NCBI GenBank assembly: GCA_905216155.1
Contig: CAJMSU010000003.1
Coordinates: 6,300 to 70,299 of the forward strand
Direction: 5' to 3'
Source of the DNA: an uncultured bacterium
Lineage (GTDB): Bacteria > Bacillota_I > Bacilli_A > RF39 > UBA660
Length of the DNA: 64,000 bases
How positions within the stretch are numbered: the stretch's first letter is position 1; each line of letters begins with the position of its first letter. The notes beneath the pieces are model-generated. The model did not search any database and had not been told where the DNA came from. It saw only the letters and a list, made by a program, of their open reading frames with translations. A program made the translations under genes and the position numbers. Below are positions 17,747-27,302 of the stretch, piece by piece.

Positions 17747-18550
17747 ATGAAATTAAATATTGATTATGTATCTGATATACATTTAGGGTTTTACGTAAGT
17801 AAGAATAAAGATTTAAAACTAATAAGAAAATTTGTTGATGAGAAAATTAAAAGTCAAGCAAATTCTCCTATTCTAGTAATAGCAGGTGGTATTGACGAAG
17901 ATATTGATAGGGTATGTGAATTTCTATATTCCTGTTCCAAGTATTATGATAAAACTATTTTCATTGCTGGTAATCATGAATATTATATACCAAATATTAG
18001 ATTTATATATGAGGATGAAGCCTTTAAGAAGTATAATTCTAATAGTATGAATAAAATATATGAATTAAACAATACTTTTTCTAACAATAATGATATTATC
18101 TTCTTAGATAAAACAAACAAAACAAATGGTATTTACAATTATAATGGTTTTAAAATAGCCGGTGACACTTTATGGTATAAACCAGAAAAACTAATAGATT
18201 GGCTTTACTATTATCCCATGCAAAACGATTCAAGTTTTATAATGTCAAATCTAAATAAAAAAAGAAAAATTCTAAAACTTAATAGTGATAGTATTAATTG
18301 GTATAACACTCTTCCTAACGATCTAGACTTATTAATAACACACATACCACCATTTATAAATGATAAAAATAAGGATAAAAACAATTGTTGCTACCACACA
18401 GAAGTTGATGAATTTAAATCTCCCATATGGATATATGGTCATGATCATATAGAAAATGATATAACTATTAATGATACAAGATTTTTATCTAATCCTTGGG
18501 GTTATAAACAAAAAGACTTTAAAATAAAAACCTATCAATTAAAAAAATAA
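17747..18550 (+). CDS. Metallophosphoesterase (calcineurin-like)
   Basis: SDIHLG, GNHEYY, ITHIPP, GHDH metal-ligand motifs in canonical order. Confidence 0.7.
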   Translation: MKLNIDYVSDIHLGFYVSKNKDLKLIRKFVDEKIKSQANSPILVIAGGIDEDIDRVCEFLYSCSKYYDKTIFIAGNHEYYIPNIRFIYEDEAFKKYNSNSMNKIYELNNTFSNNNDIIFLDKTNKTNGIYNYNGFKIAGDTLWYKPEKLIDWLYYYPMQNDSSFIMSNLNKKRKILKLNSDSINWYNTLPNDLDLLITHIPPFINDKNKDKNNCCYHTEVDEFKSPIWIYGHDHIENDITINDTRFLSNPWGYKQKDFKIKTYQLKK

Positions 18551-18560
18551 TAGCTAATTA

Positions 18561-18569
18561 TGATATAAT
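18561..18569 (+). promoter_or_regulatory. Extended -10 promoter (TGaTATAAT)
   Basis: TTATGATATAAT lies 20 nt before RBS AAAGGAG and ATG 18589. Confidence 0.45.
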
Positions 18570-18588
18570 AAAAAATAAAGGAGTAATT

Positions 18589-19533
18589 ATGAAGCAAGAA
18601 ATAGATAAAAAAGATTTAGTAAGATATGCTGAAATTTTAAATAATTATGAAAATGGAAATTATAAATTATCTGATGAAGAATTTGATTTTGTAAAACAAT
18701 TAACTAAAGTTAGAGTAGAGTATCCAAGTATAAATAAAGACATTGATAAAATTAAAGATATGGCTAGAAGCCAAAGAAAAAAATATATAGAAGAATATAA
18801 GAGTCAAAAAGAAAATAAGCTATCTAAAGAAACTACTACCAAACAATTAGCTGAAACTTTTGATGTAGCAGAAAAAAATATAAAAGAAGAAACTTTAAAA
18901 GATGGTAAAACTTTATATGTTTTATATAGTGAAAAACTAGGTAGAAACATTGTCCTAGAAGATGGTGCCAATAACAAAAATCTCTTAGATGAAATTAATG
19001 AACTAAAAGAAAAAAATATAGAAAAAGACGATACTATAGATGATAATTATGAAGAACTAATAGATGATAAAATACTAAATCAAAATCTAGAAGTATCATT
19101 TGTACCAATCAATGAATTAAATAACTATATGTCAACTATTAAAGACTTATCACCTAATAAAATTGATGAATTAGATTGTATAGTGAAAAACGCTGCTAGT
19201 CTAAATATAGAATATATAAATTTAGATAATATAGTTGGACTAGATAAGCAAGGCAAGATCTTTGAAGCATATTATGATAGCGATGCTAAAGAATATAAAA
19301 TTTCTGGTACTAAAGATGACTTAATAGAAGAAAGTGTTGAAGACAAAGATAACAATATTGGTGCTATTATCGATGACGAGGATTTAGAATCCATGTTAAA
19401 TGAAAAAAATAGTGAACAAGATGAAATTAATAATGATAAAGAATTAGAAAATTCTAAAGTTTTAGTTAAAGAATATAATGAAACTAAAAATAATAATAAA
19501 GAAGAAACTAAAGAAGAAACTGAAGAAGAATAA
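18589..19533 (+). CDS. Acidic hypothetical protein
   Basis: 314-aa ORF with promoter, RBS and terminator. Strongly E/D/K-rich with no motif I recognise. Confidence 0.5.
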   Translation: MKQEIDKKDLVRYAEILNNYENGNYKLSDEEFDFVKQLTKVRVEYPSINKDIDKIKDMARSQRKKYIEEYKSQKENKLSKETTTKQLAETFDVAEKNIKEETLKDGKTLYVLYSEKLGRNIVLEDGANNKNLLDEINELKEKNIEKDDTIDDNYEELIDDKILNQNLEVSFVPINELNNYMSTIKDLSPNKIDELDCIVKNAASLNIEYINLDNIVGLDKQGKIFEAYYDSDAKEYKISGTKDDLIEESVEDKDNNIGAIIDDEDLESMLNEKNSEQDEINNDKELENSKVLVKEYNETKNNNKEETKEETEEE

Positions 19534-19542
19534 CAAAAAAAA

Positions 19543-19561
19543 GGCATCCACATTGGATGTC
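19543..19561. terminator. Bidirectional terminator hairpin
   Basis: GGCATCCA-CAT-TGGATGTC preceded by A9, between convergent genes. Confidence 0.6.
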
Positions 19562-19562
19562 T

Positions 19563-20270
19563 TTATTCGTCGTCATCTAAATCTTCATTATCACTACTAT
19601 ATAATTTTTCATGTTTCCAAGAAACATAAGAAACCCCAATTTCAGCACTTATATTAGTTACTAAATCCTCAATTAAAGTAGGTCTTGTAGTTACAATAAT
19701 AGCTTTTAATTTAACCTCATCATTTGTTATTTCGCTTCTTTCTAAACTATCCATACCTAAACTGTTATTCTCTAAATATTTAGAAAATATTGTTCTAATA
19801 ACTACTTCTGAATCTTTTTTACAAGAAATATTAATTGTACATTCTTCTTTTTGATATTTTTTAATACGATCCATAATTGATATAGAAATTAATCTTAAAA
19901 ACACATTCGAAAGTAATACTAAAAATGTTCCAACAGAAGCTTCTATTATCATACCACTAGCCGTTAATACACCAATTGCTGCCACACACCATAAAGTAGC
20001 AGCTGTATTAAGACCTTTTATTTTATTTCCTTCACGTATAATAACACCAGCACCTAAAAAACCAATGCCAGATACCACTTGAGCAGCAATTCTTGTTTTA
20101 TCATTAATATTACTTGCAAAAGATGTATATACAAATAAGAAAGCACCCAAACTAACTAAAACATTGGTTCTTAAACCAACTAGTTTATGTCTATATTGTC
20201 TTTCAATACCAATTAGTATACTTAAAAAAAAACATGCTACAATCCTAATTAAAAATACTTTTATATCCAT
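19563..20270 (-). CDS. mgtC: MgtC/SapB family membrane protein
   Basis: GIERQYRHKLVGLRTNVLVSLGA signature, four to five TM helices and a soluble C-terminal domain. Confidence 0.8.
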   Translation of the reverse strand: MDIKVFLIRIVACFFLSILIGIERQYRHKLVGLRTNVLVSLGAFLFVYTSFASNINDKTRIAAQVVSGIGFLGAGVIIREGNKIKGLNTAATLWCVAAIGVLTASGMIIEASVGTFLVLLSNVFLRLISISIMDRIKKYQKEECTINISCKKDSEVVIRTIFSKYLENNSLGMDSLERSEITNDEVKLKAIIVTTRPTLIEDLVTNISAEIGVSYVSWKHEKLYSSDNEDLDDDE

Positions 20271-20306
20271 ATAATTTATACTCCCTTCTTATAAAATGGT
20301 TCCTTA

Positions 20307-20315
20307 ATTATATCA
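20307..20315 (-). promoter_or_regulatory. Extended -10 promoter (TGaTATAAT) for mgtC
   Basis: The minus strand reads TTGAAA-16 nt-TATAAT with TG at -15/-14. Confidence 0.45.
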
Positions 20316-20337
20316 TATTTTATATATTTTTCAACAA

Positions 20338-21087
20338 TTAAATTAAAGTATCACAAATAATCATTACTATAAAACCTATTATAAAGAAAAAATAGGTACA
20401 TTTTCTCATTTTATAAGAAAAAGAATTTGGTAATAATTCATAAATTGAAATATGTAACATAATGCCAGCAGTAATTGCTAATATAATTCCTAATAGTAAA
20501 TTATTTATATATTTTGCTAAGAATAAATATGCTATAACAGCACCTAAAAATTCTGAAAATCCAGATATTAATGTATATAAAATAGCCTTTTTTCTATTTT
20601 TAGTAGAGTAGTATATAGGTACAGCTATAGAAATACCTTCAGGTATATTATGTAAAGCTATTCCAATTGATAAACTAAGTCCTAAAGAAACATTAGCTTT
20701 AGTAGAAATAAATGTTGTAATACCTTCAGGTATATTATGCAAAATAAGTACTATTATAGATATTATTCCTAATTTATATAAGTTGTTATTAGATATTTTT
20801 TCCTCTATTTTCCTATCTATCTTATTCGAAAAACAAATACCAATGACTACAAATATCATTACTATTAATATAGTTGGAAAATATTTTATTTCATTTCTTA
20901 TTAAAAGAGAAGATTCTGGAATAAGAGAAAATATTGATATGCTAATCATAACACCAGCTGAAAAAGCAAGAGATGATGATATTATCTTTGATGTATTAAA
21001 TCTCTTTATATAAATTGGTAAAAGCCCAATTAAAGTAGTAATCCCTGCAAAAAATGTTATTAAAAAACTAAATAATGTTCTATTCAT
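20338..21087 (-). CDS. zupT: ZIP family zinc/metal transporter
   Basis: Repeated HNIPEG motifs (LHNIPEGITTF, LHNIPEGISIAVP). Eight TM helices. Confidence 0.8.
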   Translation of the reverse strand: MNRTLFSFLITFFAGITTLIGLLPIYIKRFNTSKIISSSLAFSAGVMISISIFSLIPESSLLIRNEIKYFPTILIVMIFVVIGICFSNKIDRKIEEKISNNNLYKLGIISIIVLILHNIPEGITTFISTKANVSLGLSLSIGIALHNIPEGISIAVPIYYSTKNRKKAILYTLISGFSEFLGAVIAYLFLAKYINNLLLGIILAITAGIMLHISIYELLPNSFSYKMRKCTYFFFIIGFIVMIICDTLI

Positions 21088-21150
21088 AATAAAAAATATG
21101 TAAAAAACATTAAAGTTATGATATATTAATTTAAGAAAAAGGTGATTATG

Positions 21151-21744
21151 ATGAATTATGATAATTTAATGGAGGAAGAATTAAAAAAAATTCCAATGGG
21201 TTCAAATTTATTATTACATGCTTGTTGTGCTCCATGTTCTTCTGCCGTATTAGAAAGACTTGGTAATTATTTTCATATAACAATTTTCTTTTATAATCCC
21301 AATATTACAGAAGAAGTCGAATACAATAAGAGGTTAGATGAAATAAAAAAGTTTATCAAAAAATTTAAAATAAAATATCCAATTAATATAATAGAAGGAA
21401 ATTATGAACCAAAAAAATTCTTTGACATAGCCAAAGATTTAGAAAATGAAAAAGAAAGAGGAAAAAGGTGCTACAAATGTTATAATTTAAGATTAGAAGA
21501 GACTGCTAAGATAGCTAGCAATCTAAACTTTGATTATTTTACAACAACACTTTCACTATCTCCACATAAAAATAGTACTTGGATTAATGAAATAGGAGAA
21601 AATTTAGATAAATTATATCAAGCTAATTATTTATATTCTGATTTTAAAAAGAAAAATGGCTATAAAAGAAGTATAGAATTATCAAAAGAATATAATCTAT
21701 ATAGGCAAGATTATTGTGGATGTATTTATTCAAAAAGAAAATAA
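21151..21744 (+). CDS. queH: Epoxyqueuosine reductase QueH (DUF208)
   Basis: LLLHACCAPCS and C-terminal YCGC Cys motifs. The start is ambiguous (GTG 21142, ATG 21148 or 21151). AAGGTGA favours 21151. Confidence 0.8.
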   Translation: MNYDNLMEEELKKIPMGSNLLLHACCAPCSSAVLERLGNYFHITIFFYNPNITEEVEYNKRLDEIKKFIKKFKIKYPINIIEGNYEPKKFFDIAKDLENEKERGKRCYKCYNLRLEETAKIASNLNFDYFTTTLSLSPHKNSTWINEIGENLDKLYQANYLYSDFKKKNGYKRSIELSKEYNLYRQDYCGCIYSKRK

Positions 21745-21767
21745 AGATCAATAACTAATATTGGTCT

Positions 21768-22988
21768 TTATTTATAACTGTTTTTTATTTTTTCTAATCT
21801 TTCATATACTTCTTTTAAATTTTTTTCATATCCTATATCTTTAGGTTGATAATATTTAACATTTTTAATTTTATCTGGTAAATACTGTTGTACAACATAT
21901 GCACCCTTATAATCATGTGGATATTTATAGTCCTTAGAATCTGTTTTTATATGAGGTGGTAAATTACCTGTATTTCCCTTTTCAATATCCTCTATAGCTT
22001 TATCAAAAGCAACATGTGCAGTATTAGATTTTGGAGATAGAGCCATTTCTGTTACTATCGTACCTAAAGGTATTCTAGCCTCTGGCAAACCAGTTCTTTC
22101 AGCAGCATTAATAGCAGCATCTAATCTCGGCCCTATAGCTGGATTTGCAAGTCCTATATCTTCATATGCTATAACAGAAAGTCTTCTATATATTGACTCT
22201 AAATCACCTTCTACAGTAAGTCTAGCTAAATAATGAAGTGCAGCATCTACATCGCTACCCCTTATTGACTTTTGTAGCCCAGACAATACATCATAATGAC
22301 CATCTCCATTTTTATCTGAGAAAAAAACTGGTTTATTATTTATATTTTTAATTTTCTCTAAAGTTATTACTTTATCATCAGTAGAGTAGTAAGCAACTTC
22401 TAACAAATTATAAGCATATCTAAGGTCAGTTCCTGAGATATTTGCTATCAACTCAATAGTTTTATTATCTATTTCTATATCTTTCAAATATTCGCTTTTT
22501 ATAGCCTTTTTAAGTCCTTTTATAATATCTTTTGTAGATAATTCATGAAGTTCAAATAATTGACATCTACTTCTAATTGCTGGATTAATAGCATGATATG
22601 GATTAGACGTAGTCATACCAATTAAAGTAATTAAACCAGATTCAAGTTGAGGTAGAAGTATATCTTGCTTATCCTTATTTAATCTATGAATTTCATCCAT
22701 AATTAAAACTAATCCATCATACATTTTTGCTTCTTCTATCACTATATCCAAATCTTTTTTAGTATTTATTGTAGCATTTAAAAATCTATATCTTATACCT
22801 AAATCATTAACTATAGCATTAGCAATAGATGTTTTACCTATACCAGGTTTACCATATAAAATCATTGAAAATAATTTTTTATTTTTTACTAAATTAGATA
22901 AAATTTTCCCTTTTCCTATCAAATGTTCTTGTCCAATAATATCTTTTAAACTCTTTGGAGCAAGTTTTAACGCTAATGGTTTTTCCAT
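21768..22988 (-). CDS. rarA: Replication-associated recombination protein A (AAA+ ATPase)
   Basis: Walker A GKPGIGKTS, Walker B LIMDEIHR, C-terminal MgsA domain (HYDVLSGLQKSIRGSD, PPHI). Confidence 0.9.
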   Translation of the reverse strand: MEKPLALKLAPKSLKDIIGQEHLIGKGKILSNLVKNKKLFSMILYGKPGIGKTSIANAIVNDLGIRYRFLNATINTKKDLDIVIEEAKMYDGLVLIMDEIHRLNKDKQDILLPQLESGLITLIGMTTSNPYHAINPAIRSRCQLFELHELSTKDIIKGLKKAIKSEYLKDIEIDNKTIELIANISGTDLRYAYNLLEVAYYSTDDKVITLEKIKNINNKPVFFSDKNGDGHYDVLSGLQKSIRGSDVDAALHYLARLTVEGDLESIYRRLSVIAYEDIGLANPAIGPRLDAAINAAERTGLPEARIPLGTIVTEMALSPKSNTAHVAFDKAIEDIEKGNTGNLPPHIKTDSKDYKYPHDYKGAYVVQQYLPDKIKNVKYYQPKDIGYEKNLKEVYERLEKIKNSYK

Positions 22989-23016
22989 TTATATCACCAT
23001 CCTCATTTTATCATAA

Positions 23017-23943
23017 TTATTTAGTTTTTAAAACTTTTTGAAATTGTCTATCAAAATCTATTTTATCATCTTCTGATGTTGAAATTATTTCTATCAATTC
23101 ATAAAATTTATCTTCATCAAATACTATTTTTTTGTTTTTATCCATCTCTTTTTTCTCATCATTTATCCTATAATCCAAATATTTTATATCAAACTTTTTT
23201 TCATTAATCGCATCAATTAATTTTATAGAAAAATTAACATTATTTTGAACAGTTTTTTCACATAATGTACCATTTGGATATCTTATTTCAATTAAATGTT
23301 TTAAATACATTTTATCTAAACTAATACCATCATTCCATAGAAATGCATATGGATATACATATAAAATATCTTCTATATGTTTTTTATCACGGTTGAACAT
23401 ATAATATTTATTAAAATCTATTTTATCAACTTTATCAAGCAATTTTTCTTGTATGCTTCTTGCAAATAACTTTTTTGCCTTTCTATCAAAATATTTATCT
23501 CCCATATAAAACATTTCAATTTCTTTTTCATAAACTGCTATTAATTTGCAAAGAACCTCAAGAAATTTTTCTTTATTTTTTAAATTAGCTATGTTTATAG
23601 TTATTTGATTACTACAAAAGTCATCAAGCCTTCCATGACACTCTCTTAAAGCTTCACATATTTTCTTTAAAGTTTTCCAATCAGCAATATTATCAGTCAT
23701 AATCTTACTTGATAATTCTCCTCCAATAAAATCATTTTCATAGTTACGTGATACAGTACTATCAGTTCCTAAAATCCAAGTATCATAATCCTCATTTTTA
23801 GACTTTCTTCTTATATATTTTAAATCAATATTTTTTCTATTTAATATTTCATAAAGATCATTTAATCGTATATTTGTAAATTCTAATTCTATACCAAATT
23901 CATACTTATTAAACATATCTATATTTTCTCTTAATTTTTCCAT
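23017..23943 (-). CDS. Amidoligase-like protein (glutamine-synthetase-like fold, Amidoligase_2-type), possibly divergent
   Basis: FGIELEF near the N-terminus, WILGTDSTV, GGELSSKI, and late IEIRYPNGTL resemble the G-x-E-x-E / D-x-S / E-x-x-S / E-F-R-x-x-x-G-T blocks. The usual H-x-H block reads QITINI. Confidence 0.4.
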   Translation of the reverse strand: MEKLRENIDMFNKYEFGIELEFTNIRLNDLYEILNRKNIDLKYIRRKSKNEDYDTWILGTDSTVSRNYENDFIGGELSSKIMTDNIADWKTLKKICEALRECHGRLDDFCSNQITINIANLKNKEKFLEVLCKLIAVYEKEIEMFYMGDKYFDRKAKKLFARSIQEKLLDKVDKIDFNKYYMFNRDKKHIEDILYVYPYAFLWNDGISLDKMYLKHLIEIRYPNGTLCEKTVQNNVNFSIKLIDAINEKKFDIKYLDYRINDEKKEMDKNKKIVFDEDKFYELIEIISTSEDDKIDFDRQFQKVLKTK

Positions 23944-24030
23944 ATTAAACCTCGACTATTGCTATATATTATATAGCCATCACTTGTTTTTTACAAGCAT
24001 ATTTTATATAATATATATGTTGGTGATAGT

Positions 24031-24924
24031 ATGAAAATAGATGATGCAATTCTAGATTTTTTAAATTATTGCGTTTTTGAAAAAGGCCTTTCCATAAAAA
24101 CAAAAGAATCATACAATAATGATTTAAATGAATATAGTAAATATTTAAAATCTAATAATATAGTGTATATAAATGATATTAAAAAAAATAATATATTAGA
24201 TTTTTTAAAAGAAAGAATGAATGATCAAAATAGTACCATTGCTCATAATTTAACAGTTATCAAAAATTTTCATAAATATCTAGTAAAGGAAAGTCTTGTA
24301 AAAAATGATGAGTCTCTATTTATAGATCGTCCAAAATTAAAAAAATCTCTTCCCAAGACTCTTAGTATGGAAGATATTGATAAACTATTAGATATAGATA
24401 TAAAAACAGCATTTGACCAACGTAATAAAGCTATGTTAGAATTAATGTATGGAACTGGTTTAAGAGTTTCTGAACTTATTTCCCTAACTATTAATGATAT
24501 TGATTTAGAAAATTGTATTATCAGGGTTATGGGTAAAGGTAGTAAAGAAAGAATAATTCCAATTGGAGAATATTCAATATATTATTTAAAAAAATATTTA
24601 TCTGTTAGAAGTTCAATGCTTAAAAATAATTATAATGAAGTGTGTCTATTTTTAAACAATCATGGAAAGAAGATGACAAGGCAAGGTTTTTTTAAGATAT
24701 TAAAAAAATTATTAAAAGAAAAAGGATTAAATGAAGATGTCTCACCACATACTTTGAGGCATTCATTTGCTACTCACTTATTAAATAGAGGAGCAGATTT
24801 AAGAAGTATTCAGGAAATGCTTGGGCATTCAGATATTTCTACTACAAAAATATATACTCATATAAGTGATGATAAAGTAAGTAAAGATTATAAAAAATAT
24901 CATCCTAGAGAGTATAAGAATTAA
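24031..24924 (+). CDS. xerD: Tyrosine recombinase XerD
   Basis: 297 aa. R..HxxR..Y catalytic set (GLRVSE, HTLRHSFATHLL, LGHSDISTTKIYTH). The xerD-deoB-spoIIM neighbourhood matches Bacillus. Confidence 0.85.
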   Translation: MKIDDAILDFLNYCVFEKGLSIKTKESYNNDLNEYSKYLKSNNIVYINDIKKNNILDFLKERMNDQNSTIAHNLTVIKNFHKYLVKESLVKNDESLFIDRPKLKKSLPKTLSMEDIDKLLDIDIKTAFDQRNKAMLELMYGTGLRVSELISLTINDIDLENCIIRVMGKGSKERIIPIGEYSIYYLKKYLSVRSSMLKNNYNEVCLFLNNHGKKMTRQGFFKILKKLLKEKGLNEDVSPHTLRHSFATHLLNRGADLRSIQEMLGHSDISTTKIYTHISDDKVSKDYKKYHPREYKN

Positions 24925-24934
24925 GGTGATTATT

Positions 24935-26101
24935 ATGAAATTTAAAAGAGTTTTTTTAATGGTATTAGATTCTCTAGGTGTAGGAGAAGCAGTTGATGCC
25001 ATTAATTATGGTGATGTTGGTGCAAATACACTAGGACACGTAAATGAACAATGTAATTTATTTATTCCAAATCTTAAAAAAATAGGCTTTTTAGACACAC
25101 TAAACATGATTGATGATGATAATGTTGATGCATATTATACAATTGCTAAACCAACTAATACTGGTAAGGATACCCTAAATGGTCATTACGAAATGATGGG
25201 TGTTAAAAATAACATTCCATTTAAAACATTTAATCAAGGCTTTACTTTTGATATTTTAAATGGAATTGAGGAAATTACTGGTAGACGAGTTATTGGTAAT
25301 AAATGTTCACTAAATGAAGATATTATAAATGAACTTGGTGAAAGACAACAAAATTATGGATCATTAATTGTATATACATCAGCTGACTCTGACCTACAAG
25401 TTGCTGCTCATGAAGATTGCATACCAATCGCAACTTTATATGAATATTGTGAAAGAATACGTGCACTTACTTTAAAAGAAGAGTGGAGAGTAGGTAGGGT
25501 AATTGCTCGCCCTTTTACAGGTAAACCAGGACATTATAGATTTATTAATAGTGAAAGAAGAGATTATTCAATAAAACCTCCAACCAGAAGTGTTTTAGAC
25601 AATTTAATTGATAATAAATATAATGTAATAGGAATAGGTAAAATAAATGATATTTTTGATGGCCAAGGAATTAACAAAAATATAAAAGCCTCTAATAATA
25701 GTGAAGCAATTAATAAATTTACTGATATTATGGATAAAAAATTTACTGGTTTATGTATGGTTAACTTAGCTGATTTTGATAGCTTATACGGTCATAGAAG
25801 AGATGTTCAGGGTTATGCAAGAGCAATAGAAGAATTAGATGTAGAAATACCTATGATTCTAAATAAACTTGAAGAAGATGATTTACTTATAATAACTGCT
25901 GATCATGGTAATGATCCTACATTCCCAGGTAATGATCATACAAGAGAAAATGTACCAGTCATTATTTATAGTAGAAATTTTAAAAATCCAAAAAAACTTG
26001 AAGTACTTGAAACATTTGCTGATATAGGTGCAACTATTGCTGATAATTTTTCAGTCGATGTACCATCATTCGGAAAAAGTATTCTTGACGAGTTAGAGTA
26101 G
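24935..26101 (+). CDS. deoB: Phosphopentomutase
   Basis: MKFKRVFLMVLDSLGVGEA N-terminus and ITADHGNDPT metal site. AAGGTGA lies 5 nt before ATG 24935. Confidence 0.9.
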   Translation: MKFKRVFLMVLDSLGVGEAVDAINYGDVGANTLGHVNEQCNLFIPNLKKIGFLDTLNMIDDDNVDAYYTIAKPTNTGKDTLNGHYEMMGVKNNIPFKTFNQGFTFDILNGIEEITGRRVIGNKCSLNEDIINELGERQQNYGSLIVYTSADSDLQVAAHEDCIPIATLYEYCERIRALTLKEEWRVGRVIARPFTGKPGHYRFINSERRDYSIKPPTRSVLDNLIDNKYNVIGIGKINDIFDGQGINKNIKASNNSEAINKFTDIMDKKFTGLCMVNLADFDSLYGHRRDVQGYARAIEELDVEIPMILNKLEEDDLLIITADHGNDPTFPGNDHTRENVPVIIYSRNFKNPKKLEVLETFADIGATIADNFSVDVPSFGKSILDELE

Positions 26102-26118
26102 GGGATTAATAAAAAAAT

Positions 26119-26149
26119 AAAAAGGCTTAAATAAAATTAAGTCTTTTTT
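26119..26149. terminator. Bidirectional terminator
   Basis: GGCTTAA-ATAAAA-TTAAGTC flanked by an A run and T6. Confidence 0.6.
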
Positions 26150-26151
26150 AA

Positions 26152-26436
26152 TTACTCATCTTCATTAGCAAGAGTATCATCCTCTTCTTGAGTTACTTCA
26201 TATTCAGTATCAGTAATTTCTTCATCTATATCATCATCTGGCATTTTCTTATCAGTATCTGTATTCTCCTCAAAACTTTCACATTTTGTTTCACTAGTTG
26301 ATGTACAATTATCATTATCACATGAACACCCTATTTTAACCTCATCTAATTCACATTCATTAGCTTCACAATCGTTGTATTTGCAACTTTCTACATCACA
26401 TTTTATACTATTATTTATTTTTTTGTTTTTTGTCAT
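26152..26436 (-). CDS. DUF1540-like Cys-rich small acidic protein
   Basis: CDVESCKYNDCEANEC...IGCSCDNDNC pattern. Acidic C-terminal tail. Confidence 0.6.
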   Translation of the reverse strand: MTKNKKINNSIKCDVESCKYNDCEANECELDEVKIGCSCDNDNCTSTSETKCESFEENTDTDKKMPDDDIDEEITDTEYEVTQEEDDTLANEDE

Positions 26437-27076
26437 ATATTTATTCCTCCTATACCACTATTATGGAATAAAAAATAATATTTTATACATTTTTTAAGTT
26501 AATTTAAATGAATTTAAGTATATAATCATACATCTAACATAATTTAAATTGCTTAGAATTAACTCTAATTTTTTATTATAAGTCCCCTATCATTAAAAAT
26601 ATTTTATGAAGAGAGTAGTGATATATTATTTTTCACTTTTTATTTATATATAACTATATAACATAATAATAGATAGATTTAAATAAATACATATAAGTGT
26701 ATATAAGTGTATATTAAAGATATCTATTAATATAAGTATTTATGTTTAATTAAAATTTAATTTAATTAAATTAATAATTTAGTTAATTTATAAATTTTAA
26801 ATTTATTTACCAATTAATAATAAATAATATATCAACAACTTATCTATCTAATATAAATATAGAGTAGTAGTAGTAATAATATTAGTATTAGTATTATTAA
26901 TTTAAATTTATTTATGTATATTTTATTTATATTTAAAAGTAATTTAATTATAGAAGTTAACATAATATCAATTATAGGAAGTTAAGAGAGTAGTTGTTTT
27001 TTACTTATTTATAGGTAATCTATTATACTAATCTTTTAAATATATTAATACAATATATTGAAAGGAGTTTTGATAT
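26437..27076. other. 640-bp ORF-free, almost pure A/T intergenic region with internal repeat modules
   Basis: No ORF on either strand. Tandem ATATAAGTGT x2 (26691-26710). AATTATAG(G)AAGTTAA x2 (26946-26960, 26970-26985). AAGAGAGTAGT...TTTTT.ACTT..TATTTATA module x2 (26609-26648, 26984-27013). Confidence 0.7.
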
Positions 27077-27250
27077 ATGTATTATTATGGTGGTACTCCT
27101 ATGTATTATTATACTGGTGGTGGCTGTAATCAAGGGACAAATAATAATAATGATGGATTTGGTTGGAGTTGGGGATTTATAATTGTATTATTTATAATAT
27201 TCTTCTTATTTTTTGGAACAGGTTCTTATAATAATAGGAATTATAATTAA
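27077..27250 (+). CDS. YjcZ-like tiny sporulation membrane protein (57 aa, absent from ORF track)
   Basis: AAAGGAG lies 9 nt before the ATG. Product is MYYYGGTPMYYYTGGGCNQGTNNNNDGFGWSWGFIIVLFIIFFLFFGTGSYNNRNYN: a Gly/Tyr-rich head plus one TM, like the YjcZ/tiny_TM_bacill family. A terminator follows. Confidence 0.55.
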   Translation: MYYYGGTPMYYYTGGGCNQGTNNNNDGFGWSWGFIIVLFIIFFLFFGTGSYNNRNYN

Positions 27251-27265
27251 TAATCATTTAAAAAG

Positions 27266-27287
27266 GATACACTAAAAATAGTGTATC
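27266..27287. terminator. Bidirectional terminator hairpin
   Basis: GATACACTA-AAAA-TAGTGTATC (9 bp). The A5 on the + side gives a T run for the minus-strand gene. Confidence 0.6.
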
Positions 27288-27302
27288 TTTACTCTTCTCT
27301 AC

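Noticed and set aside
16211-19533. Cluster of hypothetical membrane protein, metallophosphoesterase and acidic protein as a defence or toxin system
   Set aside because: The genes have separate promoters and terminators and mixed orientation. There are no nuclease, ATPase, methylase or toxin-antitoxin signatures, so nothing ties them into a system.
24031-24924. Tyrosine recombinase as a marker of a prophage or integrative element
   Set aside because: Its size, motifs and neighbourhood (deoB, spoIIM) match the chromosomal dimer-resolution recombinase XerD. There are no flanking phage or ICE genes or att-like repeats.
26437-27076. AT-rich 640-bp gap as a replication origin (oriC) or CRISPR leader/array
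   Set aside because: I could find no DnaA-box-like TTATCCACA motifs and no dnaA/dnaN/rpmH context. The repeats are few, short and irregularly spaced, with no cas genes.
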